Assembly (NCBI GenBank): GCA_049523315.1
Contig: JBEKMZ010000003.1
Span: 14,510-78,509 of the forward strand
Length of the DNA: 64,000 nucleotides
Source of the DNA: Acidimicrobiales bacterium
Lineage (GTDB): Bacteria; Actinomycetota; Acidimicrobiia; Acidimicrobiales; Bog-793
Reading direction: 5' to 3'
Notes under the pieces: model-generated
Told to the model about the DNA's origin: nothing
Database searches by the model: none
What the model saw: only the letters and a program-made list of their open reading frames with translations
Shown here: piece after piece, positions 1 through 10,050 of the stretch
How positions within the stretch are numbered: position 1 is the first letter of the stretch
Layout of the letters: the number at the start of each line of letters is the position of its first letter
Program-made: the position numbers and the translations under genes

Positions 1-1272
1 GACCTGGCGGCTGAGGCGGGGGTGGACGATGTCGTCCTCATCGCGGCGCTCGCACTGCACCGCCGCATGACCGATCCCGAGCTTCGCCACGCCCTCGGCG
101 ATCGCGTCTTCGAGGCATTCGCCCCCCATGGGCTGCTCTTGCAGCACGACGCCGAGGACCCGACGAACCTGGTCCACCTCGGGCTCACCGATCATGGCGA
201 AGACGTGGAGATCAACCGCCGGGCGGCCGAGAGCGACCTCCTCGTGTACATCAACATCAACCTCGTCCCCATGGACGGGGGGCACAAGTCCGTCGCGACC
301 GGCCTCGCCTCGTACAAGAGCTTGAAGCACCACCACAACGTGCGCACGCTGCAGCACAGCCGCTCGTTGATGGACGAGAACAACTCAGAGCTGCGCAACT
401 CGAATTGGCGCATGGGGCGGCTCATCGCGGCCGCGGGCGTGAAGATCTTCCAGATCGAGACGACGCTGAACACCAACACATTCCCGGACCAGCTCGGATT
501 CCTGCAAAAGCGGGAATGGGAATGGTCACTTCGCGACCGGGCGAGCTTCCTCGCCACCTCCGCAGCACTCGCGCGGACGCCCGGGGGGATCAGCCGCAAG
601 ATCTTCCACTCGGTCTACGCGCCGCACAATCTCACCTCCGCACAGGCGGGCGAGGTCGAAGCGGTCCATCGGTCCACCCTCTCCAACATCTACCGCCAGC
701 AGTCGGTGGAGGTTTCAGGCCAGACCGATGTCCTTACCATGGGGCTGCCGTACATATGCCCCTACAACGTCAACTCGACGATGAACCCGATCCTCGTCGC
801 GTGCCTAGGCCTCGGGTACTTCTTCAACCTCTATCGCGGCAAGCCCCTCGTGCGCGAGGGGGGTGTCCTCATCATCTCGCACCCGACGCCGTGGGAGTTC
901 AACCCGGTCCACCACCCGAGCTACATCGACTTTTTCGAGCAGGTACTGGCCGAGACGACCGACCTGATCGAGATCGAGGCCAAGTACGAGGAAGCCTTCG
1001 CCACAGACCCCTGGTATATCCACCTTTACCGGACGAGCTACGCCTACCACGGCGTCCACCCCCTCTACATGTGGTACTGGTGCGCGCACGCCCTTCAGCA
1101 CCTCGGTCGGGTGATCGTGGTCGGAGGCGACCGGTCGGCCGTGCGACGGATGGGTTTCTCTCCCGCGTCAACGCTAAATGACGCCCTCGAGCTTGCCGAA
1201 GATACTGTCGGGAGGGAACCGACCATCACCCATCTCCACGTGCCCCCATTGCTGCTGGCCGAGGTCACATGA
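1..1272 (+). CDS. LarA-like protein (lactate racemase N-terminal domain / DUF2088 family), 5' end lies outside the window
   Basis: The frame of ORF 22..1272 stays open back to nt 1. Family-typical stretches are present: VVLIAALALHRRMT, NLVPMDGGHKSV (GG-x-K region) and PYICPYNVNSTMNPIL. These normally lie more than 100 aa into the protein, so the gene is truncated by the window edge. Confidence 0.65.
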   Translation, partial: DLAAEAGVDDVVLIAALALHRRMTDPELRHALGDRVFEAFAPHGLLLQHDAEDPTNLVHLGLTDHGEDVEINRRAAESDLLVYININLVPMDGGHKSVATGLASYKSLKHHHNVRTLQHSRSLMDENNSELRNSNWRMGRLIAAAGVKIFQIETTLNTNTFPDQLGFLQKREWEWSLRDRASFLATSAALARTPGGISRKIFHSVYAPHNLTSAQAGEVEAVHRSTLSNIYRQQSVEVSGQTDVLTMGLPYICPYNVNSTMNPILVACLGLGYFFNLYRGKPLVREGGVLIISHPTPWEFNPVHHPSYIDFFEQVLAETTDLIEIEAKYEEAFATDPWYIHLYRTSYAYHGVHPLYMWYWCAHALQHLGRVIVVGGDRSAVRRMGFSPASTLNDALELAEDTVGREPTITHLHVPPLLLAEVT

Positions 1273-2213
1273 CACGGCGTGTGCGCGGCGCGCTCGAGCC
1301 CGGCCGCGAGGGACTGCGCTTTGTGGCCGAGCGGCCGACTCGCCCGGGTGGCGTCGCCGTCCAGGCACCCAAGAGCACACTCGGCGTTGACTACGAGACG
1401 GCCTGGGCGCGCCGGTACTCGGTCCGACTCGCGCGGGCGATGGTCCTCGACGACTTCTCCCGGCCTGTGCTGCGCGTGGCACTGTCACCCCGGGTGACCG
1501 GCCTCGAGCACCTCGATCCCGTGCGGGGCCCGATGATCCTCGCCGCCAATCACGCCAGTCATCTCGACACCGCCCTGCTGCTGTCGGTACTGCCCTCTTG
1601 GTTGAGGCACCGGACGATCGTGGCGGCGGCGGCCGACTACTTCTTCGACCGGCACTGGAAAGCGGCTTTCTGGTCCTTCGGCCTTGGCGCGATCCCGATG
1701 GAGCGCACCAAGGTCAATCGCCGCTCGGCGGATCTTGCTGCCCATCTCATAGACGACGGCTGGAGCCTCATCATCTTCCCCGAGGGTGGGCGCACAGAGG
1801 ACGGCTGGGGTCGCGAGTTCAAAGGCGGCGCCTCTTACCTCGCAAAGCGCTGTGGCGTCCCGGTCATCCCGGTCCACATCCGTGGCACAAGGGCGGTGCT
1901 CGCCAAGAGCAGCTCACGCTTTCGCCCGGGGTCGACCGAGATACGCCTCGGTGATGCCCTCACGCCGAGGGTGGCCGAGGACGCCCGCAAGTTCGCAGCC
2001 CGCATCGAGCTCGCCGTCGCGGCCCTCGCAGACGAGGCGGAGTCGGACTGGTGGTCGGCGCGCCGGCGGGCGGCGGCCGGGACAACTCCACCGTTCCGTG
2101 GCCCTGAGGTCTCCGCCTGGCGCCGCGAGTGGGCCTTGCCGGACTCGGCCCGCAAGGACCAGCGCCCCGTGCGCGAGCGCTCGAGCCACAAGCCCTGGAA
2201 CCGTGATGAATGA
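1269..2213 (+). CDS. Lysophospholipid (1-acyl-sn-glycerol-3-phosphate) acyltransferase family protein
   Basis: HX4D catalytic motif (ANHASHLD) and the FPEGGRT motif of PlsC-type acyltransferases. Its start overlaps the upstream stop by 4 nt. Confidence 0.85.
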   Translation: MTRRVRGALEPGREGLRFVAERPTRPGGVAVQAPKSTLGVDYETAWARRYSVRLARAMVLDDFSRPVLRVALSPRVTGLEHLDPVRGPMILAANHASHLDTALLLSVLPSWLRHRTIVAAAADYFFDRHWKAAFWSFGLGAIPMERTKVNRRSADLAAHLIDDGWSLIIFPEGGRTEDGWGREFKGGASYLAKRCGVPVIPVHIRGTRAVLAKSSSRFRPGSTEIRLGDALTPRVAEDARKFAARIELAVAALADEAESDWWSARRRAAAGTTPPFRGPEVSAWRREWALPDSARKDQRPVRERSSHKPWNRDE

Positions 2214-2766
2214 CGGCGCGCCCGCGCATTGCCGCGGCCGTTCCGGTCGCCTCCCCATCGGCGCGCGCGCGGGCCTTGCGGGCCTTATCATTCTCGCCGT
2301 GTCGGCCACGGTCTCCGCCTGTGGCGCGAGCACTTCGCTCGGCAACGACTTCTTGGCCCCGCTCACGGCACTGCCCGCCACCGATGTCGTGTTCGAGACA
2401 AACCTACAAAGTGCGGTCCAAGGCGGGGTCGTGCAGGCAGGACTTTCGGGCACGTCGCAACTCGGTGGCCTGGCCGAGACCAGTGGCGCCCCTGCGACGA
2501 CGAGCGAGGTCAGTGTGGCGAGCGGCACGGGCGTGTCGGTGTATACCGCCTTCAACCCTGTCGACCGGCACTGCCTCGGGAGTTTTGTGATCCCCCCCGG
2601 GGCGGCGGTGACCGTCCTCGGCGAGAGCGACGCCGGAACCTATGACTTCTGGTTCTCGGCCACGACCGCAACCGGATGCACGGCCAGCATCTTCACGACT
2701 GAGATGTCGGTGCCTTCCGGATGGGCGTCGGGCGATCCTTCCTCGACAGGCTGGCCGAGCGCCTGA
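2206..2766 (+). CDS. Putative secreted lipoprotein, function unknown
   Basis: Internal ATG at 2206 of ORF 1786..2766. Basic N-terminus, hydrophobic helix and lipobox-like VSAC, then a Thr/Ser/Gly-rich mature part. The upstream part of the ORF overlaps plsC in another frame and is Arg/Ser-rich noise. Confidence 0.5.
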   Translation: MNDGAPAHCRGRSGRLPIGARAGLAGLIILAVSATVSACGASTSLGNDFLAPLTALPATDVVFETNLQSAVQGGVVQAGLSGTSQLGGLAETSGAPATTSEVSVASGTGVSVYTAFNPVDRHCLGSFVIPPGAAVTVLGESDAGTYDFWFSATTATGCTASIFTTEMSVPSGWASGDPSSTGWPSA

Positions 2767-2799
2767 CGAGCCGTCGGGCGGGCCGAGGCGCGAGTCAGG

Positions 2800-3612
2800 T
2801 CAGTTGCGCACGCCCGGGGGCACCATGCCCCACCTTGCGCCGAGGACGTAGCCCCGGCCCCGGACCAGGCTCCGGCGCCACTCCACCGGGCGATCCCCCG
2901 CATAGGCGACACGCTCAACCTCCAAGATGCCCTCGCCCCGGCCGGGCCGCAGCATCTTGCGCTCGGCAGGTGTGCAGGCGACCGCCCGCAGCTGTTCGGT
3001 GCCGCCGGTGATGCGCAGCCCGCAACGTGCCTCGAGCAGGGCGTAGAGGGATCCCTGGGTTAGATCACCACCGGCGAACGCGCGCCGTTGCGCGGCGTCG
3101 AGCGCGATCGCCGACAGGTCGAGCGCTAGCGGCTCATCGTCCGCGTAACGGAGGCGCTCTACCCATTGCACCACCTCGTGGCTACCTGTCCCGAGCGCCC
3201 GGGCGACGGTCTCGCCGGCTTCTGCCTCCTCGACTCGTAGCACCTTGCTCGCTTCCGCGAGCCCCGCCGCGGTAATCGCCTGGGCGAGGCCCGAGGTACC
3301 GAGGATCGGCGCGTCGAGATGACGGTGGACCACGAAGGTCCCGCTCCCCCGGCGGGCATCCAGCAGGCCCTCCCCTCGGAGACGCCGAATGGCCTCGCGT
3401 ACGGTCGCACGGCTGACGCTGAAAGCACCGGCGAGCTCGATCTCTGTCGGGAACCTCTCGTCGAACTCGCCTGAGGCGAGGCGCCGGCGCAGCTCACGGG
3501 CAAGTTGCGCCCACAGCGGGAGGGGGTCGCTCGAGTCGAGTGCCATGACCGCGGCCATCGGTGCGCTCCCACTGGCGCGGTCCGGATTGTCCGGGCTCAA
3601 GCGGTCAGCCAC
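2800..3612 (-). CDS. GntR family (HutC/UTRA-type) transcriptional regulator
   Basis: N-terminal winged-helix signature (FPTEIELAGAFSVSRATVREAIRRLRGEGLLDARRGSGTFV) followed by a roughly 150-aa effector domain. Overlaps the upstream DUF1634 gene, so it is the last gene of the operon. Confidence 0.85.
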   Translation of the reverse strand: MADRLSPDNPDRASGSAPMAAVMALDSSDPLPLWAQLARELRRRLASGEFDERFPTEIELAGAFSVSRATVREAIRRLRGEGLLDARRGSGTFVVHRHLDAPILGTSGLAQAITAAGLAEASKVLRVEEAEAGETVARALGTGSHEVVQWVERLRYADDEPLALDLSAIALDAAQRRAFAGGDLTQGSLYALLEARCGLRITGGTEQLRAVACTPAERKMLRPGRGEGILEVERVAYAGDRPVEWRRSLVRGRGYVLGARWGMVPPGVRN

Positions 3613-4040
3613 CCGATAAGGAAGGACCCCAAGATGACAGCAAGGACTGTCGCCGCAATCGCGCCGAACAGCCAGTCGCGCCGGCGGACGAAGGCGACGG
3701 CGCTTGTGACCAGGCCGGCGACGGGCGTCATGATCAAGACCAGGACTCCGGCGACGATTATCGCCTCCCCGCTGCCGTGGCGTATCCCGTCGAAAACCGC
3801 CGGGAACGAGTGTGGGAACCTCGCCCGTGCGCGCAGATTGGCTTGCTCTAGCGCGTGCGACGCGAACCCAGCGGGGTCCGAGACAAGGCCGACCACGTAG
3901 CCCAAGACGAGGAGCGTCGCGCTCGCGATAACACCTACGCGCAACACCCGTCCCACGGCGGCTCGCACTCCGTGCGGCGATGGAGGCACGAGTGCCCCGT
4001 AGGCCAGTGTCTCCGATGCCATCAGCTGATCCCCTTCCAC
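3597..4040 (-). CDS. DUF1634 family membrane protein (TauE partner)
   Basis: Small protein with 3-4 TM helices in the position typical for DUF1634 next to TauE/SafE. An alternative ATG at 4022 shares one nt with the tauE stop (TGATG), suggesting translational coupling. Confidence 0.7.
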   Translation of the reverse strand: MEGDQLMASETLAYGALVPPSPHGVRAAVGRVLRVGVIASATLLVLGYVVGLVSDPAGFASHALEQANLRARARFPHSFPAVFDGIRHGSGEAIIVAGVLVLIMTPVAGLVTSAVAFVRRRDWLFGAIAATVLAVILGSFLIGWLTA

Positions 4041-4882
4041 AACATCTGAACCGCCACAGCCAACAGGGCGATCACGAAGAGCACGCGCAGGCGGTCCGCG
4101 CGGATACCCGCCAAGAGCCTGGAACCCTGAGTAGCCCCGAGGAGGACACCGATCGCGACAGGCCCGGCAATGAGGGGATCGATGTCACCGCGGGAAAAAT
4201 AGACGACGGCGCTCGCAGCCGCTGTGAGGCCGATCAACAAGTTGCTCGTAGCCGTCGAGACTTTCATGGGGATGTGCATCGCCAGATCCATCGCCGGCAC
4301 CTTGAGCACGCCCGATCCGATCCCGAGCAGGCCGCTGATACCTCCCGCCAGGTACATGAGCCCCAAGCCGAGCCCCGTATTGGCCACGACGTAGGGCACC
4401 TCGGTGCGCTCGGCCTCGTCGTAATAGGCAGAGTCGAGGGCGAGGCGGTTCGTAAGGCGGCTCTTTACGCGAGCGGCCAGCACGACGGGCCGGCCCGACG
4501 CAGTCGGCCCCTGTCGGGAGCCGCGCAGCATTTGTACCCCGGAGAGCGCGAGCACGAGCCCGAACAACCCGAAGAGGAACCGCGCATCGAAGACACCCGA
4601 CAGCAGGGCGCCTGATACGGCGCCGATCGTCGTCGCTACGGCGAGCAAGGTCGCCACCCTCAAGTTCGTGATGCTCTGGCCCACGTTCCTGGCCGCTCCA
4701 GCTGAGGAGGTCGCCGCCACAGCGACGATCGACGTCCCGATCGCAAGCCGGATGTCGAGGTGAAAGGCCAACGTCAGTACGGGAACGATCACGAACCCGC
4801 CCCCGAGGCCGAGCAGAGAGCCAAGCACGCCCGCGAAGAGAGAGATCCCGAACAGCACCAGCGACAGCTCGACGACGCTCAC
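4022..4882 (-). CDS. TauE/SafE family sulfite/organosulfonate exporter
   Basis: 286-aa polytopic, Gly-rich membrane protein with the internal duplication typical of the TauE/SafE (DUF81) family. Confidence 0.85.
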   Translation of the reverse strand: MSVVELSLVLFGISLFAGVLGSLLGLGGGFVIVPVLTLAFHLDIRLAIGTSIVAVAATSSAGAARNVGQSITNLRVATLLAVATTIGAVSGALLSGVFDARFLFGLFGLVLALSGVQMLRGSRQGPTASGRPVVLAARVKSRLTNRLALDSAYYDEAERTEVPYVVANTGLGLGLMYLAGGISGLLGIGSGVLKVPAMDLAMHIPMKVSTATSNLLIGLTAAASAVVYFSRGDIDPLIAGPVAIGVLLGATQGSRLLAGIRADRLRVLFVIALLAVAVQMLWKGIS

Positions 4883-4899
4883 GCTCCTCAGCCTACATT

Positions 4900-4917
4900 A
4901 GTACGGACAACCGTACT
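4900..4917. promoter_or_regulatory. Perfect inverted repeat AGTACGG-N4-CCGTACT, candidate operator of the tauE operon
   Basis: Read directly: AGTACGGacaaCCGTACT sits 18-35 nt upstream of the tauE start (4882), in the tauE/lysR divergent region. The GTAC-containing dyad fits GntR/HutC-type operators. Confidence 0.4.
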
Positions 4918-5185
4918 CATCATCCATGCGGGCAACAGGACAGCCGCTGGCCGAGCGCTCGGGACGCCTTCCTACGGGCTCTGCGCCAAGGCCCGACTGG
5001 TAGCGTTCGGGTGCTCAATCTGTGCCCGGACGCGGAGAAAGGGCCGGTGGGGGGGATACCGGCCCCTTCTCAAGACTCATCAGTTGCTGGAGGGGGGATT
5101 CCGCTACTGAGGTCTGTATACATAGTGCACGAATTCACAGCATCGGTCAAACAGCTCTTACCGATAGCCGCTATCGTTCCCTGCG

Positions 5186-6157
5186 ATGGAGTTGCGGCAG
5201 CTGAGCGCGATAGTCGGGATCGCCGATCATGGGTCGTTCTCCGCTGCCGCCGACGCCCTGCAGACAGTGCAGTCGAACATCTCTGCGCATGTGAAAAAGC
5301 TCGAGCGAGAGCTCGGCTGTGATCTCGTCGATCGTGGGAGCGGTCAGCTAACAGAGGCGGGCGAGATAGTCGTCGCCCGCTCGCGCAGAGTCCAGGCGGA
5401 GCTCGACGCGATGCTCTCGGACGTGGTCGCGCTCACGCGTGAGGTGGCTGGGAGCGTCCGGATCGGGATGATCGGCACGACCGCCAGGTGGCTCGTGCCA
5501 CAGTTGCTGCGGGCGACGCCCGAGCGGTACCCCCACCTGCACCTCGTATTCGTCGAGACACCGATCACACGGCTCGATTCCCAGCTCGCGACCGGCCAAG
5601 TGGACATTGCCGTCGTGGACCTTCCCACAGAAGGCGACGCCGACATGGCCGTGACACCGCTGTTCGAGGAGGATCTCGTCCTCGTGGTGCCCATCGACCA
5701 CCCCCTTGCGTGTGCCGATGAGGTGAGCCTGAATGACTTAAAGGCGATCCCGTTGTTGCTGCCCCTAGCCGGGACGGCGTTTCGGGCCGACCTCGACACC
5801 GCCCTCGGCGCGACGGGCGCCACCTTGTTGGCCAGGGCCGAGGTCGACGGGACTCGCCTCATCGCTTCTTTGACCTTTGAAGGCTGGGGCCCAGCGATCC
5901 TGCCCGCGACGGCGGTGCCGACCTATCTCCTCGACCGCTTCGCGCTCGTGAAACTGACCGAGATACCGCGGCGCCTCGTCGGGGTCGTCAGGCGCGCGAC
6001 GGGCCTGCCCTCAGCTCCGGCGCGGGCGGTGCTCGAGCTTCTCACCGAGATCATCTTCGACCCGTCAAGGACGCCTGAGTGGCTCACCCCCGTCCCCCCC
6101 GACAGCGCCCGCGCACCTGAGGCTTCCACGAAGGCCTCAGGTGTCCTCCGGCTCTGA
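5186..6157 (+). CDS. LysR family transcriptional regulator
   Basis: N-terminal HTH (MELRQLSAIVGIADHGSFSAAADALQTVQSNISAHVKKLEREL) plus a LysR substrate-binding domain. Divergent from the tauE operon. Confidence 0.9.
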   Translation: MELRQLSAIVGIADHGSFSAAADALQTVQSNISAHVKKLERELGCDLVDRGSGQLTEAGEIVVARSRRVQAELDAMLSDVVALTREVAGSVRIGMIGTTARWLVPQLLRATPERYPHLHLVFVETPITRLDSQLATGQVDIAVVDLPTEGDADMAVTPLFEEDLVLVVPIDHPLACADEVSLNDLKAIPLLLPLAGTAFRADLDTALGATGATLLARAEVDGTRLIASLTFEGWGPAILPATAVPTYLLDRFALVKLTEIPRRLVGVVRRATGLPSAPARAVLELLTEIIFDPSRTPEWLTPVPPDSARAPEASTKASGVLRL

Positions 6158-6760
6158 GGACGGGCGAGGGTCGCGCCACATGAGCCACAGCCGTATAGAG
6201 GTCTCGGGGACGCTCACCTCGTCGATGACCTCGAAGCCATGCCGGTTGTAGAACGCGATATTGGCCTCGACCGAGACTTCGAGATATGCAGGCTTGCCTT
6301 CCCGGTCGCAGCGCTCGAGCACCGGCGCGAGCACCGCCGAGCCAAGGCCCCTGTGCTGCCAGCTCGGGTCGGTGCCGAGCCCACCGAGGTAGTAATGGGG
6401 CTTTCTCGGGTGCCGTGGCTCGACTAGCTGGACGAGACGCAGTGCCGCCCCGGCGCGACGCCCGAGGATGTAGAGCTTGGGCACCTGCGCGATCATCTCG
6501 CGGGCTCCCGGCGGCCCGGTGCGAGGGGGTACCCACAACGCCGTCGAGTGGCACCCTTCGGTGGTATATGCGAGCCCTCTCTCCTTCGGTGTCTGGCGTA
6601 GTTGAAGGGTGAAAAAGCGGTGCAGGGCTCGGCGCCTTGTCCGCGCTTCGGGAAACATGTACTCAAGCAGGGGGTCGTCGTAAAAGGCCCTCACCAACGA
6701 GGACGCCGCGGCCGGGACCTCCTCGGGACGCACCAGGTGAACCGGTTGCACCGCAGGCAT
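6137..6760 (-). CDS. GNAT family N-acetyltransferase
   Basis: Acetyl-CoA binding region (HRGLGSAVLAPVLERCDREGKPAYLE...NIAFYNRHGFE). The start is uncertain: ATGs at 6760, 6793 and 6859. I chose 6760 to avoid overlap with the divergent gene. Confidence 0.7.
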   Translation of the reverse strand: MPAVQPVHLVRPEEVPAAASSLVRAFYDDPLLEYMFPEARTRRRALHRFFTLQLRQTPKERGLAYTTEGCHSTALWVPPRTGPPGAREMIAQVPKLYILGRRAGAALRLVQLVEPRHPRKPHYYLGGLGTDPSWQHRGLGSAVLAPVLERCDREGKPAYLEVSVEANIAFYNRHGFEVIDEVSVPETSIRLWLMWRDPRPSSEPEDT

Positions 6761-6833
6761 GGTAGTGGCACCCCGGTTGGCCGAGGCGTCCATTCGGAGG
6801 GAATCTGCAGGTGCTGCGCGGGGTTCTTGTGTC

Positions 6834-7439
6834 ATGGCCCTTAATCGTTTCTCCGTCAACTGGGATTACCGCTGCCCTTTTGCCCGCAATGCACATGAGC
6901 ACCTCGTAACCGCCCTGCGGGGCGGCGCGCCCTTCGATGTCGAGTTCGTCCCCTTTTCGCTGAACCAGGTTCACGTTGAAGAGGGCGGCGTCCCGGTCTG
7001 GGACGACCCGCAACGCGAGGCCGACCTGCTCGCCGGCCAGGTCGGGATCGTCGTCCGCGACAGGTTCCCCGAGCAGTTCCTCACTACCCACCTCGGTCTG
7101 TTCGTCCTGCGCCACGACAAAGGGGCCGATCTGCGCGACAAGGCAGCCTTGGCCTCGGTGCTCAAGAGCGAACGCATCGATCCCGCCCGTGTCTTCGAGG
7201 AGATCGAGAGCGGCTGGCCGCTTGACGAGTTCCGCAAGTCCCACGAGTCGGCTGTGGCCGATCATTCCGTGTTCGGGGTTCCGACCTTCATCGCCGGTGC
7301 CGAGGCCGCGTTCGTCAGGATCATGACACGGCCGGCCGGCGACGTGGCCATGGCAAAAGCCACCATCGAGCACGTCTTGGACCTGCTCGAGGGACACGTC
7401 GAGCTAAACGAGTTCAAGCGCACGTCGATTCCCAAATAA
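6834..7439 (+). CDS. DsbA-like thioredoxin-fold protein (single-Cys CPF type)
   Basis: ATG at 6834. WDYRCPFA active-site region and the FGVPTF motif typical of DsbA/HCCA-isomerase-like proteins. Confidence 0.7.
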   Translation: MALNRFSVNWDYRCPFARNAHEHLVTALRGGAPFDVEFVPFSLNQVHVEEGGVPVWDDPQREADLLAGQVGIVVRDRFPEQFLTTHLGLFVLRHDKGADLRDKAALASVLKSERIDPARVFEEIESGWPLDEFRKSHESAVADHSVFGVPTFIAGAEAAFVRIMTRPAGDVAMAKATIEHVLDLLEGHVELNEFKRTSIPK

Positions 7440-7510
7440 TCGCAAGCGCTTCGCGGCATATCGACCGTCAGAAATGACTGGCGCGCGCCCTCACTGCTAG
7501 CGTCGGCCGC

Positions 7511-8767
7511 ATGCGGATCATCTCAGAGCACGAGCTCGGGAACCGCCTCGGTTCACTCACCGAGACAGCACCGCGGGTCGTCGTTTCCGGTAACTGGTCA
7601 ACCCCCAAGCGGGCTCTCGAGATCGTCGACGCTCACATCGAGAGCTACAGGCTGTTCGTGTTGGGCTTGCGGCACTCGGTCACGTCCCGACCAGGCGTTC
7701 GCCTCGAGACGCCATTTGTCGGGCCCGGCATGCGCAATTCGCCGGCACTCGACTACATCCCGATGCGGCTCTCCTTGGTCCCGCGGCTCTTTGCGATTTC
7801 CCGTCAGCCCGACGTCGTCCTCGTACACACCTCTACACCCAAAGCTGGGAAGGTCTCGCTCGGCATCGAGATCAACGTCCTTCCTGCGGCTTTGGAGGTG
7901 GCACGTGCGCGCGGCGCCCTCGTTGTCGCCCAGATCAATCCACGCATGCCGTACACATTCGGCGACGGGGAGATCCCTACGCGCATGATCGACCTCGCGA
8001 TCGAGGTCGACGAGCCCCTGCAGACGGTCAAGGTCGCTCCAGCAGACGACGTGAAGCGCCAGATCGGCGCCCACATCGCCCACCTCGTGCCGGACGGCGC
8101 CACGCTGCAACTCGGGATCGGCGGGATCCCCGATGCGACGCTCGGCAGGCTAGTGGAGCGACGCGGCCTGCGCATCTGGTCGGAGATGATCAGCGACGGA
8201 GTCCTCGTCCTCGAGAAAGCAGGCGCACTCGATCCCGAGAGCCAGGTGGTCACCTCGTTCATCGGCGGGTCGCATGAGCTCTACGACTGGGCCGACGGCA
8301 ATCCTAGGCTCCGGATGCACCGGACCGAGACCACCAACGACCCGGCGATGATCGCGCTGAATCCGATGATGATCTCGATCAATGCAGCCGTGCAGGTAGA
8401 CCTGTTTGCGCAGGCGAACGCAAGCTATGTGGGCGGCCGTATCTTCTCCGGCTTCGGCGGGCAGACCGACTTCATCGTCGGTGCGCTGCACTCGACCGGC
8501 GGCCAGGCGGTCATCGGCCTGCCTTCGTGGCACGAGAAGACGAAGTCGTCCACTATCGTCCCGCTCCTCGATTCGCCTGCAACCTCGTTCCAGCATTCGG
8601 TGATCGTGACCGACCAGGGCTCTGCCCACATCTTCGGCCGCAGCCAGCACGACCAGGCTCGCCTGCTCATCGAAGACGCAGCTGCTCCGGAGGCCCGCGA
8701 CGAGCTTTGGAAAGCGGCCGAACAACTGGGCCTCGCCGACCCGCAGAACTACACCAAGCCCGCTTAG
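7511..8767 (+). CDS. Acetyl-CoA hydrolase/transferase family protein (4-hydroxybutyrate CoA-transferase-like)
   Basis: 418 aa. Family-typical segments are LQLGIGGIPDA and SINAAVQVDLFAQANAS...SGFGGQTDF. Confidence 0.85.
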   Translation: MRIISEHELGNRLGSLTETAPRVVVSGNWSTPKRALEIVDAHIESYRLFVLGLRHSVTSRPGVRLETPFVGPGMRNSPALDYIPMRLSLVPRLFAISRQPDVVLVHTSTPKAGKVSLGIEINVLPAALEVARARGALVVAQINPRMPYTFGDGEIPTRMIDLAIEVDEPLQTVKVAPADDVKRQIGAHIAHLVPDGATLQLGIGGIPDATLGRLVERRGLRIWSEMISDGVLVLEKAGALDPESQVVTSFIGGSHELYDWADGNPRLRMHRTETTNDPAMIALNPMMISINAAVQVDLFAQANASYVGGRIFSGFGGQTDFIVGALHSTGGQAVIGLPSWHEKTKSSTIVPLLDSPATSFQHSVIVTDQGSAHIFGRSQHDQARLLIEDAAAPEARDELWKAAEQLGLADPQNYTKPA

Positions 8768-8798
8768 GACTCTGGTCCCCCAAGCCTCGCGGCGGCGC

Positions 8799-9854
8799 TC
8801 AGTCGAGCGAGATGGGCTCGTCGTCGTCGACGAGGCCCCCGGCCCCGATCGGCGTCTCGACGGCAAGGGTCTCCTTCTCGACCACGAGGCTGCGGATCCG
8901 TTGGTGGAGCTCAACCATCAGCTCGGGGCTGTCGCGCAGGAATTGCTTGGCGTTCTCCCGGCCCTGACCCAGCTGCTCGCCTTCATAGGTGTACCAGGCG
9001 CCTGACTTCTTCGCGATGCCGAGATCGACGGCCACATCGAGCACGGAGCCCTCCCGGCTGATGCCTTTGCCGTAGACAATGTCGAACTCGGCCATACGGA
9101 AGGGCGGGGCGCATTTGTTCTTCACGACCTTGACCCTGGTCCGGTTGCCGATTATCTCGGCTCCGTCCTTGATGGACTCCAAACGGCGGATGTCGAGGCG
9201 GACCGAGGAGTAGAACTTGAGGGCGCGCCCTCCGGGCGTCACTTCCGGCGATCCGTAGATGACGCCGACCTTTTCCCGCAACTGGTTGATGAATAGGGCG
9301 ATCGTCGAAGACTTGGACAAAGTACCGGTGAGCTTTCGCAGCGCTTGTGACATCAGGCGGGCCTGCAAGCCGACATGGGTGTCGCCCATGTCACCTTCGA
9401 GCTCGGCTCGCGGAGTGAGCGCCGCCACGGAGTCGATGACGATCACGTCCATCGCCCCGGAGCGGATCAGCATGTCGGCGATCTCGAGCGCTTGCTCACC
9501 GGTGTCCGGCTGGGAGATCAGCAGCTCGTCGATGTCGACACCTATCGCCTTCGCGTAGACAGGGTCGAGGGCGTGCTCGGCGTCGATGTAAGCGCAGATC
9601 CCACCGTTGCGCTGGGCTTCGGCGACGACGTGCAGGGCGAGGGTCGACTTGCCGGAGGACTCGGGCCCGAAGACCTCGATGATCCTGCCCCTCGGCAGAC
9701 CCCCGATGCCGAGTGCGAGATCAAGGGCCATCGCGCCGGTCGAGATCACTTCGATACCCATCCCGGTGTGCTCACCCATGCGCATGACCGAGCCCTTCCC
9801 GAACTGCTTCTCGATCTGGCCGAGCGCCGCCTCGAGTGCCTTGTCGCGCTCCAT
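8799..9854 (-). CDS. recA: Recombinase RecA
   Basis: [27 protein letters not shown]..., Walker [10 protein letters not shown], and the L1/L2 regions. The true ATG is at 9854; the 434-aa ORF is an upstream over-extension. Confidence 0.97.
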   Translation of the reverse strand: MERDKALEAALGQIEKQFGKGSVMRMGEHTGMGIEVISTGAMALDLALGIGGLPRGRIIEVFGPESSGKSTLALHVVAEAQRNGGICAYIDAEHALDPVYAKAIGVDIDELLISQPDTGEQALEIADMLIRSGAMDVIVIDSVAALTPRAELEGDMGDTHVGLQARLMSQALRKLTGTLSKSSTIALFINQLREKVGVIYGSPEVTPGGRALKFYSSVRLDIRRLESIKDGAEIIGNRTRVKVVKNKCAPPFRMAEFDIVYGKGISREGSVLDVAVDLGIAKKSGAWYTYEGEQLGQGRENAKQFLRDSPELMVELHQRIRSLVVEKETLAVETPIGAGGLVDDDEPISLD

Positions 9855-10034
9855 CGTCTGTCCTCTCCCCTCTCCTGCTGCTTGTCGACGCTTCTCTTCC
9901 AGGACAACATCTCCCTGCTGCGGTGTTGATTTGTCGCGGCTCGCCGTCACATCTCCGGTAGGCCGCAACCTACGAAACGGGTGTGTCACTCCCCCGACGG
10001 GTCCCTGCTGCGAGCTCATGACATGACTGTAGTT

Positions 10035-10050
10035 CCAAACATATGTTCGT
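10035..10050. promoter_or_regulatory. Candidate LexA (Cheo-type) SOS box upstream of recA
   Basis: CCAAACATATGTTCGT was read directly. It matches GAAC-N4-GTTC with one mismatch in the left half (AAAC) and lies about 185 nt upstream of the recA ATG. Confidence 0.5.

Noticed and set aside
5041-5065. Hairpin GGGCCGGT-N9-ACCGGCCC in the tauE/lysR spacer as an intrinsic terminator.
   Set aside because: No co-directional gene ends upstream of it on either strand, and there is no U-tract. It may be a regulatory or REP-like structure, but I cannot support a terminator call.
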